Below are positions 10,001-20,211 of a DNA stretch of 64,000 bases, piece by piece. The notes below the pieces were generated by a model. The model worked only from the letters and a program-made list of their open reading frames with translations. It was not told the origin of the DNA and made no database searches. The translations under genes and the position numbers were made by a program. Every line of letters begins with the position of its first letter. Within the stretch, counting starts at the first letter, position 1. Source of the stretch: an uncultured Candidatus Saccharibacteria bacterium (lineage in GTDB: Bacteria; Patescibacteriota; UBA1384; 2-12-FULL-50-11); NCBI GenBank assembly GCA_964358205.1, contig CAYHNZ010000001.1, positions 3,168 through 67,167 on the forward strand. The letters run 5' to 3'.

Positions 10001-13000
10001 GATCGCATTGGCGACGCTGTCGCCGTCTCCATGAACGGTGGCTCTTGGGACTTTTACGGTAGCTCCAGTACCAATACGCTCGCGACCGCCGGCACGCTCA
10101 CGATGACCGGCGGGAAGAATGCCATCACCGTTTTTGCCGGTACCGGCGGTTACACGATTATGCGGTTTGCTTCATTTTCCCGGACCGCTGGCGCCAGAGG
10201 CCTATTTCGAGGTGCTAGTCTGGGCGCGACCCCAGCGGCCAACGTGGCCACAATTTTGTTCACCACGGCTCCAACGCTGCTCGGCGACGATGGCGTGGCC
10301 GGGACCTCGGCCGTCAGTATTATGCAGGGCGTATTTGGTGACAACTCAACCTCCGGAACTGGGACCGACATGGTCACCTACGGTCGCGGCAACAATAATG
10401 GCTTACGGCTCTTGAACGGCGCTGGCTTCAGCAATGAATACACCACAAATTTCTTGACCACCAACGCTAATATTAAAATCTCGTCCGCTACCGCCGCTAT
10501 CACTTCGCAAATTAATTCGCTCATTCTCGATTCCGGCGCCAGTATCACTAACCCCGGTTCGGCCCAAACAATCACTTTTATGTCCGGCAATATTCTTAAC
10601 CTTGAGGCTAGCGGGTCGATTGCCGGTGCTAACACCACCCTGGCCGCCGGAGCGGTTGAGTTTAGTATTAGCACGCCCCAAAGCCTCACGATCTCGTCTC
10701 TCATTACTACCACGGGCGGACTGACCAAAGGCGGCACAGGCACACTAACCTTCTCTACCGCCAAGACGTACACCGGTCTGACTTCGGTTAACGATGGAAC
10801 CTTGATCTACGGCATTAACGATGCGATTAGCTCGGGTGCGGTTACAGTCAACGACGCCACCTTAGATATCGCTACTTTTACTGACACTGTTGGGGCGGTC
10901 GTGGTCCAAGGCGGCACCATTACCGGGACTAGCGGTGTCCTGACAGCAACCTCCTACGATCTTCGGGCCGCCACGATAAATGCAATTTTAGCAGGCTCAG
11001 GAACGCTAACCGTGGTAAACACCAACGAACGCACCGATGCCGTCACGACGCTATCTAGGGACAATACCTTTACTGGTTCGATTGCGCTGACGAGTGGAGT
11101 CTTAAAGCTTGGTGGTGCTGGCGGTGGATCAAACACCCCCTTGGGGACAACTGCGGCAGGCATTACGATGACGAGCGGGGCGATGTTAGATCTGAATGGC
11201 TACACGCTTGTAACGAGTGAAGCAATTTCAGCGACCGGCACTGGCATTGCTCTACAGGGCGCAATTATTAACAGCTCAGCGAGTACGGTCACATATAACG
11301 GTGTGATTACGCAAACCGCGGCTGCTCGGATTGGGGCAAATTATGGGAAGATTATCATCGGGACCGGCGGCATCACTGGCACCTTTAACCTAACTCTTGG
11401 TGGCTTTGGCGATATTGACGTGACGAGTGCTATCACTATTAGCACCGGCACGATCACCAAAGACGGTTTCGGAATTTACACACCTTCAAGTGCGAGTTCT
11501 ACATACACCGGTCTGACGACGGTTAGCGCCGGAACACTGAAGCTTGGAGTTTCGGGCGGTGCAACGAATACCCCGTTGGGGACTAATGCTGGCGGTGTGA
11601 CCGTTACCGCCGGTGCGACGCTTGATATGAATGGCTTCTCTTTGGCGACAGTCGCCGATACCTTAACGATAAATGGAACTGGTTCCGGGACCGGAGATTT
11701 TGCAGCTGGCGCATTGGTGAATTCATCTGGAACGGGCGTTACATATGTCGGGGCTATCGTTCTCGGCTCAGCGACAACCGTCAAATCAAACTCTGGAACA
11801 ATCACCCTAACAACCGGCGGTATTACGGGTGCGTTTGCCTTAACGCTGGGTGGTACGGCGAGTAGTACAATTTCTGGTGTGATCGCGACCGCTGCCGGGA
11901 CGATCATCAAGATTGATACCGGGACGTGGACGTTGTCGAGCGTAAATACCTACACGGGCGCAGCGACAATTTACCAAGGAACAATTAAGAATGGGATCGC
12001 CGCTGCGGCCGGCGGTGGTCCGCTAGGGACGGCTGCTGGGGCAACAACAATTTTTAGCGGCGGCGTACTAGACATGAATGGTTTTTCGCTTAGCGCCTTA
12101 GCAGAAGGGTTAACGATCAACGGCTTCGGCATCGAGAGCGGTGGCGCCATGGTCAATAACTCTGGAAGCGGCGTAACCTATTTGGGGACACGGGCCCTCG
12201 GGTCTGACACTCGAACCACCAACTCCGGCGCCGGCCTGTTAACCCTAAGTGGAATTCAGAGCGGCGCCTTTGAATCTCGCTACGGGGGAGCGGGCAATAT
12301 CACCATTTCGGTGGCGATTGCCGCGACCGCCTCATCATTCTGGAAAGATGGGGCCGGAACAGTCATCTTGAGCGCCGCTAACGGTCATACCGGGGTGACG
12401 ACGGTCGCGGCTGGGACCTTACAATACGGTATTCTCAACACGCTGGCAGCTGGCGCGGTGGTAGTGAACGGCGGAACGCTCAACATCGTTTCGTTTAGCG
12501 ATACGGTCGGTGCGGTGACGTTAGTTGACGGTATGATTTCAGGTACAACCGGAATATTAACAGCAACCGGATACACTTTTGAAAGTGGCACGATCAGCGG
12601 AATTATCGCTGGTGCGGTGGCCGTCAATAAGTACACGGCCGGTACGGTTGTCATCTCCGGCGTCGAAACGATCTCCAGTACCCTGACTATCCACGCCGGA
12701 ACAATCGAGATCAGCGGCTCTGGTTCGGCGGTCGGTGTCACGGCAATTACTATCAACCTCGGTGCGACCTTAACGCTTGATAATTCAACGACGGCTGTGG
12801 CCAGTCGTCTGCTTGATACGATTGTCCTGACCATGAACGGCGGTAATTTTAATTACAAGGGCAATACCGCCAGCACCGCCGCCGAGACGATCGGACAGCT
12901 CCTTTTTTCATCTGGTCACAACACGGTTACCGTGACGCCGGGCGCCGGCGGATCGACGACGCTGACGGCGGCGACTAACCCGGGCATCAATCGTACGGCC

Positions 13001-16000
13001 GGCGCGACAGTGTTGTTTCGTGGGACAAGTCTTGGCTCGACCCCGGCCGCCAACATCTCGACCTTAAAGTTTACAACGGCGCCGATCGTTGTCGGCGGCG
13101 GCGGCGGTACGGGTACCACCACCATCAGTATTATCAAAGGCGCGTATGGGGACAATTCCCTGACTGGAACAGGGACAGACATGGTGACCCATAACGTTGG
13201 GAACACCAACGGTTTGCGACTTCTGAACGGACCTGGGTTTTCCGGTGAGTATGCAGCGAACCTGGGTACCGCTAGTGCCAACGTGAAATTGACAGGGGAT
13301 ACGGCCGCCACGACGACCAATACCAATTCGATTGTTCTGAACGGTGGCGGCGTCACGAACGCCTCGGTGACGTTGCCGATCGCCGCCACCGCCTTAGCCG
13401 GAAACATTTTAATTGCGACCGCCCATAACATTGCCGGCGCGAATACGGTGCTTGGTATAACAACATTCGAACTCAATGTTTTAGCGAACGCGGCCTCAAC
13501 CGTTTCGGCCACCGTTGGTACGGCCACGACTGGGTCGCTTACCCTGAGCGGGAGCGGGAATGTGACCTTTAGCGCGGCGAATCCATATACCGGTACAACC
13601 TTTATTAATAATGCGACGTATACCTATGGCGTGGCTAACGCGATCAGTTCCGGTGCGGCAACGGTGATTGGCGGCACCTATAATCTTAACGGCAACTCCG
13701 ATACGATCGGCGCCCTGAACGCGACAGGTGGCACCATTGCCACCGGCGCGGGCACCTTAACGCTTGGCGGTACTGTCACTACCGTCGCCAACGCCAATGT
13801 AACCTCGATAATTACTGGGAACCTCGCGCTGGGGGCAAACCGAATCTTTAACGTTGGTGACGGCCTGGTCGATAACGACCTCGTTGTTTCGGCGACGGTC
13901 ACCGGCGCCTTTACCGTGACGAAAAGTACGGGCACTGGGGTCTTAGTATTATCGGCGACCGACAGTACCTATAGCGGTAGCACCACGATTAGCACCGGAA
14001 CGTTTCGGTTCGGCAGTGGGGGGAGTGGCGCTAACGGTCCGCTCGGGACGACGGCCGCGGCGACTATTATTTCTAGCGGTGCGTCTCTTGATCTGAATGG
14101 CTATTCGTTAGCGACTGCCGAAGGACTGACTATCAGCGGTACGGGTGTTGGGGCAAACGGGGCAATTATGAACACATCATCGGCCGCCGCAACTTACCAG
14201 GGTCTAATAATCCTCGGCGCGGCGGCAACGATTACGTCGAACTACGGCGATATTACCATTTCCAATACCGGCAGTATGACTGGTACCGGATTTGCGTTGA
14301 CCTTGCGCGGTGCCGGGAATGGTTCAATAGCCACTCAAGTCAATACTTCCACGGGTGGTTCAAGGGTTAAAAATGGCTTAGGCACCTGGACGGTTTCGGG
14401 CGATGGTGGCTACACCGGCGTAACGACAATTACTCTGGGCGTATTAAAACTGGGTGCGGCTGGTGGCGCGACTAATACGCCGCTCGGCACAACCGGTACC
14501 AATACGACGATTGCCAGCGGAGCGATGCTGGACTTAAATGGTTTTACTCTTGGTACGGCCGAGCCCTTATCGATACAAGGCACCGGTATCGCCAACGCCG
14601 GGGCGATTACAACCAGCTCGGGGATCGCGACGAGTTACTCGGGGGCAATTACGATTGCGACCGCTTCCCGTATAACGAACTATGGCAACGGGACATTCTC
14701 ACTCAGCGGTGCAATTGCAGGCGGTGCCGTGGCCTTAACGACCGTCAACGCGCCGGGAACAATTACCCAGACAAGCGCCAGCGTCTGGTCGGGTACGACA
14801 TCGTCTCTCACAAAAGAAGGCTGGGGGACGACGATTTTGGCGGGTCAAAACTCAATCACTGGCTCGATGACCGTCAGTTCCGGCACTCTCCAGCTCGGGG
14901 CAAACGGCGGCGCGGCGAATACTCCGACCGGGACTATTGCCGGAGGCGTGATTGTTTCGGCCGGTGCCGTGTTTGATTTGAGCACCTTCGTGTTGGGCGG
15001 CGCATCCACCTGGGAGCCACTAACCCTTAACGGTTCGGGCATCAAAAACGGCGGCGCCTTAATTAGTGCCGCCACCAGCGGTAATAACTTTGGCGTGGTG
15101 ACTTATGGATCGAGTGCCCGCGTCGTCAACAACGCTTCGGGGACGATTACCTTTGTCGGTGCGCCAACCGGAACCTTTAACTACGTTTTCGGCGGGACAG
15201 GTCCGATCACTATTACGGGTGTAATGCCGGCGGTGGCGATTACCATCACCAAATATGACTCTGGGATCCTGCTCTTAAATGGTGCACATCTCAGCACTGG
15301 ACTGATTCGTATTAACGGCGGGACGGTCAGATACGGCGTGGCCAATGCGATTCTGGTGAACGCCGTGACCATTGCCGGCGGGACGCTCGATATTAACGGT
15401 CAGACCGATGCCGTTGGTGCCATTATCCTGATGAGCGGCACGATTACCAACGGCGGCGCGGCCGCGACGCTAACTGGAACAGCCTATACGTTTTACGGGG
15501 GCGCCATTACCGCAGTGCTGGCCGGAACGGCAATCGCAATGGCGAAAAACACCGGCGCCACGCTGACGATCAACCAAGCTTTGACGAATACCGGTACCTT
15601 AACTATCAACGCCGGCACGGTCCAGTATTTGGCTAGCAACGTCGTGGCTAACACCGCCGCGGTCATCGTGGCTGGCGGCACGCTGGATATCGGCGCGCAA
15701 ACGGATACCGTGGCCGCCGTGACCCTGACCAGCGGAGCGATCACTGGCAGTACCGGAATTTTAACCGGCACTTCCTACGCCGTTGCCAGTGGCACGATCA
15801 GCGCGATTTTAGCCGGCGCGGTTACTCTGGCCAAAACCACGGCCGGTACGGTCACGCTCTCGGGTGTGAATACGTACTCGGGCGTTACGACGATCAGCGG
15901 TGGAGTCTTAAGTGTTGGCACTATTGGTAATGGTGGTGTGGCCGGGAACCTGGGAGCGGCGCCGGCCGCCGCATCCAATATTGTTTCCAATACCGGTACC

Positions 16001-19000
16001 GGGACATTGCAATATACCGGCACGACCTCGTCGACTGACCGCAGCATTACGACGACCGCGGCGATCACTTTAAATCTTGATATTACAAATCCTGCCGCAG
16101 CGCTAACCATTTCGGGGACGACGACTGTAACGACTGCGCCGTTCACGAAAGTTGGACCAGGGACACTGATCTTGTCGGGCACGAACGGTCATACGGGGCT
16201 AACCACGGTCCTGGCTGGGACGCTAAAAGAGGGCGTCGCCAGTGCACTCTCAACGGGAGCGTTAACTGTTACGAACGGGACATTCGATCTCAATAACTTC
16301 TCGGATAGTGTCGGGACAACCACTCTTACTAACGGTGGGCAGATGATCGATTCCGGCGGTACGACCGCGGTTTTGACTAGTACAGCAACTTACGCATTGC
16401 AAAGCGGTAAGATCAGCGCCCGACTGGGTAGCGCCGTTGCTGCCGGTATCTCTAAAACGACAACGGATCGGGTTATTCTTTCCGGCGACAATACGTTTAC
16501 CAGCACCTCTATAGCCTTGAGTGCCGGCGCCCTGAACCTTCAAAGCAACAACGCGCTCGGCGCTGCCGGTACGACCTTAACGACCACCATTACCTCGGGC
16601 GCGGCTCTGGAAACCCAAAATAATATTACGATTCCCAGCACCAAGCCAATTACGGCTAACTTGGGCGGCGTTAACAACAGTGGCGCAATTAGGAATATCG
16701 CCGATGCCAATACGATTCAAGCCAACATCGTGCTTGGTGTGACCAACACTCGGGTGAACTCGGACAGCGGCACCCTCACCTTCCCAACCGTCTCCGGTAA
16801 CACCAACAATTTAATTGTGGGCGGCGCCGGCAATACGACAGTTACCGGTATTATTAGCACTACATCTGGCACCTTAACCAAAGACGGTGCAGGCACATTG
16901 ACGCTTCAAGGCAATAACAGTTATACGGGTCTGACAACGATCAGCGCCGGTGTCGTGAATGTTCGGCATGCCGCAGGTCTTGGCACAATTGCGGCCGGTA
17001 CCTCCGTCGCCGCTGGCGCGGCCCTGCAAATACAAGGGATCGTCACCGTTGGCGCCGAAACGTTAACGCTCAATGGCACGGGCGTTGCCAGCGACGGAGC
17101 GTTAAGAAATATCACCAACAATAATACTTATCAGGGTAATATTACTCTCAATACTACCAGTTCGATTGGCTCCGATGCCAACACGCTCACTCTAAGCGGA
17201 ACAATAACTGGCGGTGCATCCATTGGCTTAACTAAAGTTGGTGCCGGCGAGGTGTCAGCTTCCAATACGGTCACGGTTGGTGGCGACCTAACGATTTCAG
17301 CGGGAACCTTAACTGCCTCCAGCAACACCATTACGGTTAGCGGTAACTGGTCTAATAGCGGCACATTTACGGCCGGCGCGAGTACGGTGGTATTAAATGG
17401 GGGCGCCACCCAGACTTTATCCGGAACCATGACCACCACCAGCGCATTTAACAACCTAACCGTGACTAACGCCTTCGGTACCAACGCCTCGGACTGCGAA
17501 CGAACCAGCTTTGTGGCCTCGATCGATTTCGATGCTGCGGCCACGGTGACAACAAACCTAGTCTTTACGACCGCCAGTACCAGGGTGGAATTCAACAGCG
17601 GGTCAACCTATGCTTTTACCAACATCAACTGGAACGGTCAGGCATCAGGTACGAAAATTTACTTCCGCAACTCGGACGCTTCCGGTACCTGGTTATTAAA
17701 AGTCACCGGCACCCAAACTGCGGTCTCGTTTATTAATGTCTCCCGCTCCGACGCATCGGTCGTCGGCGGTAACGCCATTGTCGCCAACGACGGCACCAAC
17801 ACCGATTGCACCAATAACACCAACTGGACATTCCCGAGTAGCAATACTGCCCCAAATGCGCCAACTAGCTTGGCCCAAAAGCGCACAACCGATGTGGCGC
17901 TCGCCACCGGTGATTGGACCAATGAAACATCCGTTAAGTTTACGGCAACCGCCAGCGACACCGATAATCCCGACACACTGAAGCTCTGTATTGAAGCAAT
18001 TGCGATTGCCAGCAATTTTACTAACACCGACACCGGCTGTGGAAGCTTAACCGCCTATAGCGGTACACCAATCACTGTTACCGTCACCTTGTCTGGCCTA
18101 GTTACCAGTACCGAGTACAAATGGCAGGCGAGAATCAAGGACACGGCTGATGCCGCTTCGGCCTGGAGCGATTACGCCGCCAATGGGTCTAGTCGCGATT
18201 TTGGTGTTGATACAACCGCTTGTACGACCGCCACCGTTTACGATGGCAGTTCCGCTGGTGTAGATGCCGACTTTAACGATAGCTCGCTAACGGCGCTATC
18301 AGGCAACTGGGATGCTTTTACTTGTACTGTTTCGGGTCTGCAGAAGTATGAGTACTCAATCGGCGTGACCGCCGGCGGTACGACAATCAAGGGCTGGACC
18401 GATAACTCGACGACAGCATCGGTCACCGCCGGTAGCTTGATTTTACACACTAATGAGCTCTATTTCATTAACATCCGAGCGACCGACAACGCCAGCAACG
18501 TTTCGTCAGTGGTGTCGTCTAATGGCCAACAGGTTTTACCGTCGTTAAGTTTTACTATGGGCAGTAACACGATTAGCTTTACTAATTTAAATAGCACCAA
18601 CAACCGACTCGACACTAAAACCGTTAGTCTAACCACCAGCACTAATGCTTTCGGCGGTTATATTATTCGCCAGTACGCCGGTGGCTTACTAACCGACGGT
18701 ACCAATACCATACCGATGTTCTCGGCTGGCTCGTACGCCGCACCAGCTTCGTGGGGGACAGGGTTTTGCTCGGGTACAACTTGTGGTTACGGCTATACAT
18801 CTAACGACACAACTATCCAAGGCAGCAACTTATTTAGTAGTGGCACGCTTTATGCCCCCTTTAGCCAAACTCCTTCTGGCGATATTGTGGCCGATCACAC
18901 CGCCGCCGTTGACGGTACGAGCGGTGCAGTTAGCAACGAGTCGTTCACTATTACCCATAAAGTCGCCGTAACCGCTCTACAAGCGGCCAAAACCTATCAA

Positions 19001-19036
19001 GCAACAGTCTACTTGATTGTCACTGGCACTTTTTAA
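7043..19036 (+). CDS. Giant (3,997 aa) cell-surface repeat protein: N-terminal TM/signal anchor, >30 autotransporter-associated beta-strand (PATR-like) repeats 'TxTGxTxVNxGTLxLG', C-terminal Ig/FN3-like region
   Basis: Single uninterrupted ORF; repeated units such as 'NTYTGLTTVNAGTLTYGV', 'NSYTGLTTISAGVVNV', 'NPYTGATTINTGTLTL' throughout. Confidence 0.85.
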   Translation: MAPQIQRARRRFDGVYQATRGKILCEYNLHPVRFFSVFFSVVVLLGVIAFFKPVSASIGLHLDQRELQNKYPNFWTLAEQKKISPSSDKYFIGDEPVVPSSSPVVLAVASDSTNIEVTADSAHEDIGQNPNQFTKSVSVEQVERGTKISQKETDGQAGLYRIKAQDRVTGAVTAEETIAWGVLAFNPDYSIYPTDTSATLAMAVLDDRGKMICDASLTIEITDPNGNKKILSTENELVLVNNACLIYGPTSEPDYIANYQTGTEGDYQVTIKARVGSGVRTLHDKFSVKDNQPFYLQRVGATRTFPNAEYVYKLNFQPKVDGQYQLTETVPAEFIISDTSAKITEVGDVKKLVWQVDAKAKADQTLMFGYKGPLKSPHLYTFGPAEVSYVADARSSSITQSQQSASRKLQAESWTEPRAWQIASDAPSTVNWDGSSSANWSDGANWSTNAIPQAGDNLVFPAGAANKSNSNDLGENMLFNSITFNDSGYTLAGNTIIVGQGLNGITDAVVSGGNTISLNLRVDVTRWLTVTNSGETLTISGTIAGVGGITKEGQGKLVLSGANTYGGVTKINGGDISARSNTALGTIATGTEVVGEAALELQGTIAIGREPLTLRGYGESSGGALKNVSDSNSFDGLITIAGIAEIQSDSGTLTLNGGVTGAAIPLVLDGAGNITFAKAPVANTSGLITKNGAGTLTYNFPNTYTGLTTVNAGTLTYGVDNAILSGGITVNGGTVDIATFSDMVGTVTLGTLAGGSGIITGSTGVLSSASYVVYVGTISAIIAGDGGTLAKSTPGTVTLTRPNLFSGATTVTVGTLKIQDSLALGVIDGITTVSAGATLQVDGTGLSIPEFITISGVGLLNQGVIWNSTGSNTVTGLVTMAAASTIKADVSTTITYATNGFTGAFGLTVNGDGDTTISGPIATTSGTLSKNGPGTLTLTAFNPYTGATTINTGTLTLNSNGAITMSASIAINSNGKLIADNSSVVTDRIGDAVAVSMNGGSWDFYGSSSTNTLATAGTLTMTGGKNAITVFAGTGGYTIMRFASFSRTAGARGLFRGASLGATPAANVATILFTTAPTLLGDDGVAGTSAVSIMQGVFGDNSTSGTGTDMVTYGRGNNNGLRLLNGAGFSNEYTTNFLTTNANIKISSATAAITSQINSLILDSGASITNPGSAQTITFMSGNILNLEASGSIAGANTTLAAGAVEFSISTPQSLTISSLITTTGGLTKGGTGTLTFSTAKTYTGLTSVNDGTLIYGINDAISSGAVTVNDATLDIATFTDTVGAVVVQGGTITGTSGVLTATSYDLRAATINAILAGSGTLTVVNTNERTDAVTTLSRDNTFTGSIALTSGVLKLGGAGGGSNTPLGTTAAGITMTSGAMLDLNGYTLVTSEAISATGTGIALQGAIINSSASTVTYNGVITQTAAARIGANYGKIIIGTGGITGTFNLTLGGFGDIDVTSAITISTGTITKDGFGIYTPSSASSTYTGLTTVSAGTLKLGVSGGATNTPLGTNAGGVTVTAGATLDMNGFSLATVADTLTINGTGSGTGDFAAGALVNSSGTGVTYVGAIVLGSATTVKSNSGTITLTTGGITGAFALTLGGTASSTISGVIATAAGTIIKIDTGTWTLSSVNTYTGAATIYQGTIKNGIAAAAGGGPLGTAAGATTIFSGGVLDMNGFSLSALAEGLTINGFGIESGGAMVNNSGSGVTYLGTRALGSDTRTTNSGAGLLTLSGIQSGAFESRYGGAGNITISVAIAATASSFWKDGAGTVILSAANGHTGVTTVAAGTLQYGILNTLAAGAVVVNGGTLNIVSFSDTVGAVTLVDGMISGTTGILTATGYTFESGTISGIIAGAVAVNKYTAGTVVISGVETISSTLTIHAGTIEISGSGSAVGVTAITINLGATLTLDNSTTAVASRLLDTIVLTMNGGNFNYKGNTASTAAETIGQLLFSSGHNTVTVTPGAGGSTTLTAATNPGINRTAGATVLFRGTSLGSTPAANISTLKFTTAPIVVGGGGGTGTTTISIIKGAYGDNSLTGTGTDMVTHNVGNTNGLRLLNGPGFSGEYAANLGTASANVKLTGDTAATTTNTNSIVLNGGGVTNASVTLPIAATALAGNILIATAHNIAGANTVLGITTFELNVLANAASTVSATVGTATTGSLTLSGSGNVTFSAANPYTGTTFINNATYTYGVANAISSGAATVIGGTYNLNGNSDTIGALNATGGTIATGAGTLTLGGTVTTVANANVTSIITGNLALGANRIFNVGDGLVDNDLVVSATVTGAFTVTKSTGTGVLVLSATDSTYSGSTTISTGTFRFGSGGSGANGPLGTTAAATIISSGASLDLNGYSLATAEGLTISGTGVGANGAIMNTSSAAATYQGLIILGAAATITSNYGDITISNTGSMTGTGFALTLRGAGNGSIATQVNTSTGGSRVKNGLGTWTVSGDGGYTGVTTITLGVLKLGAAGGATNTPLGTTGTNTTIASGAMLDLNGFTLGTAEPLSIQGTGIANAGAITTSSGIATSYSGAITIATASRITNYGNGTFSLSGAIAGGAVALTTVNAPGTITQTSASVWSGTTSSLTKEGWGTTILAGQNSITGSMTVSSGTLQLGANGGAANTPTGTIAGGVIVSAGAVFDLSTFVLGGASTWEPLTLNGSGIKNGGALISAATSGNNFGVVTYGSSARVVNNASGTITFVGAPTGTFNYVFGGTGPITITGVMPAVAITITKYDSGILLLNGAHLSTGLIRINGGTVRYGVANAILVNAVTIAGGTLDINGQTDAVGAIILMSGTITNGGAAATLTGTAYTFYGGAITAVLAGTAIAMAKNTGATLTINQALTNTGTLTINAGTVQYLASNVVANTAAVIVAGGTLDIGAQTDTVAAVTLTSGAITGSTGILTGTSYAVASGTISAILAGAVTLAKTTAGTVTLSGVNTYSGVTTISGGVLSVGTIGNGGVAGNLGAAPAAASNIVSNTGTGTLQYTGTTSSTDRSITTTAAITLNLDITNPAAALTISGTTTVTTAPFTKVGPGTLILSGTNGHTGLTTVLAGTLKEGVASALSTGALTVTNGTFDLNNFSDSVGTTTLTNGGQMIDSGGTTAVLTSTATYALQSGKISARLGSAVAAGISKTTTDRVILSGDNTFTSTSIALSAGALNLQSNNALGAAGTTLTTTITSGAALETQNNITIPSTKPITANLGGVNNSGAIRNIADANTIQANIVLGVTNTRVNSDSGTLTFPTVSGNTNNLIVGGAGNTTVTGIISTTSGTLTKDGAGTLTLQGNNSYTGLTTISAGVVNVRHAAGLGTIAAGTSVAAGAALQIQGIVTVGAETLTLNGTGVASDGALRNITNNNTYQGNITLNTTSSIGSDANTLTLSGTITGGASIGLTKVGAGEVSASNTVTVGGDLTISAGTLTASSNTITVSGNWSNSGTFTAGASTVVLNGGATQTLSGTMTTTSAFNNLTVTNAFGTNASDCERTSFVASIDFDAAATVTTNLVFTTASTRVEFNSGSTYAFTNINWNGQASGTKIYFRNSDASGTWLLKVTGTQTAVSFINVSRSDASVVGGNAIVANDGTNTDCTNNTNWTFPSSNTAPNAPTSLAQKRTTDVALATGDWTNETSVKFTATASDTDNPDTLKLCIEAIAIASNFTNTDTGCGSLTAYSGTPITVTVTLSGLVTSTEYKWQARIKDTADAASAWSDYAANGSSRDFGVDTTACTTATVYDGSSAGVDADFNDSSLTALSGNWDAFTCTVSGLQKYEYSIGVTAGGTTIKGWTDNSTTASVTAGSLILHTNELYFINIRATDNASNVSSVVSSNGQQVLPSLSFTMGSNTISFTNLNSTNNRLDTKTVSLTTSTNAFGGYIIRQYAGGLLTDGTNTIPMFSAGSYAAPASWGTGFCSGTTCGYGYTSNDTTIQGSNLFSSGTLYAPFSQTPSGDIVADHTAAVDGTSGAVSNESFTITHKVAVTALQAAKTYQATVYLIVTGTF

Positions 19037-19109
19037 TAACCAACGAAGCGACGCAAATCAACTCTAGCTTGACAGTTGCCAAAGAAAATAATTACAGTAA
19101 AGTTACAGC

Positions 19110-20207
19110 ATGAGGGGAACAACGCTGCGACGTTTCGGAATATATTTATCAATCACAGTTCTTTTAGTCGCCTTTAGCCCAATTCAGGATACGGCTTTGG
19201 CGGCGGCCATTAGTACTGCTTCCGACACAATGTCCACCATCAAGCAGAGCGTTAACGCTGACCACACCATTCAGTTCATCACTCCTACTGGTGTCGCGGC
19301 CGGCGAAACTATTACTTACGCCTTCCCAACCGGTTTTACCCTGCTGGCCGAAGCGGTTAATAACTTTGACTTTGCCGTCAGTGCCGCTGGCTCGTGTGCC
19401 AGCTTTACCGATAAAGCTCTGGCCCTAACCGCTTCTGGTGCAACCTGGGGGTTAGACGTCACCAGCCAAACCATCACCGTTACATCGGGAACAGATACCA
19501 TCGCTGCTGGTCGTTGCGTGCAGCTAGAAGCTGGCACAGTTGCCACCGACGGCACCACTGGTGCGGCTAACACCATTGTCAACCAGACGGCGGTCCAAAA
19601 TACCACCGACGCCAAAATAGTAATTGATGGTAGTATGGTCGATACCGGTACGATTGCCGTCGAAATTGTGACCGACAACACCTTGGCGGTCACTGCCACC
19701 GTTGACCCAAGCATTACTTGTGCCGTCGATGGTAACATCGCCCAATTTGGGACGTTTGTGACCAGCACGGTTGACACCGCCAGTCAAACGCCGATCTGGA
19801 CCATTAGCACTAACGCCAACACTGGCTACAACTTGTCGGTTAAATCGGCCGGCAATGCCACCAACGCTGGACTATATAGTTCCTCTGCCGCCTATGTAAT
19901 CAAGTCGGCTGACGGTTCTGAAAACTCAACGGCTGACTTAAGCGTGGCCGCGACGATCGGTTATGGTATGCAGGCAAGCAAAGCGAACGGCGACGCCGGC
20001 TCCGCCGCGTCCACTATTTCATCGCCTTACACGTCAACTAGCGATACGGTTGGTCGCTTACAGCTCACTGCGCAAACCGTCTCGTCAGCCGGTGGGCCAG
20101 TTTCCAACGCCACCGTTACCACGACACTTAAAGCCAAAGTCACTGGTTTAGTGCCACCCGGCGCCTACGTTGATACCCTTACTTACGTTTGCAGCGGAAT
20201 CTATTAA
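19110..20207 (+). CDS. Secreted Thr/Ala/Ser-rich beta-rich protein of unknown function (signal peptide)
   Basis: N-terminal signal 'LSITVLLVAFSPIQDTALAAA'; composition typical of surface beta-sandwich proteins. Confidence 0.5.
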   Translation: MRGTTLRRFGIYLSITVLLVAFSPIQDTALAAAISTASDTMSTIKQSVNADHTIQFITPTGVAAGETITYAFPTGFTLLAEAVNNFDFAVSAAGSCASFTDKALALTASGATWGLDVTSQTITVTSGTDTIAAGRCVQLEAGTVATDGTTGAANTIVNQTAVQNTTDAKIVIDGSMVDTGTIAVEIVTDNTLAVTATVDPSITCAVDGNIAQFGTFVTSTVDTASQTPIWTISTNANTGYNLSVKSAGNATNAGLYSSSAAYVIKSADGSENSTADLSVAATIGYGMQASKANGDAGSAASTISSPYTSTSDTVGRLQLTAQTVSSAGGPVSNATVTTTLKAKVTGLVPPGAYVDTLTYVCSGIY

Positions 20208-20211
20208 TCTG

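Noticed and set aside
7087-18971. Dozens of 60-200-aa ORFs on the minus strand (and off-frame plus strand) inside the giant gene, many Pro/Val/Ala-rich
   Set aside because: Antisense or out-of-frame reading of a GC-rich, highly repetitive coding sequence. The single 12-kb sense ORF explains the region.
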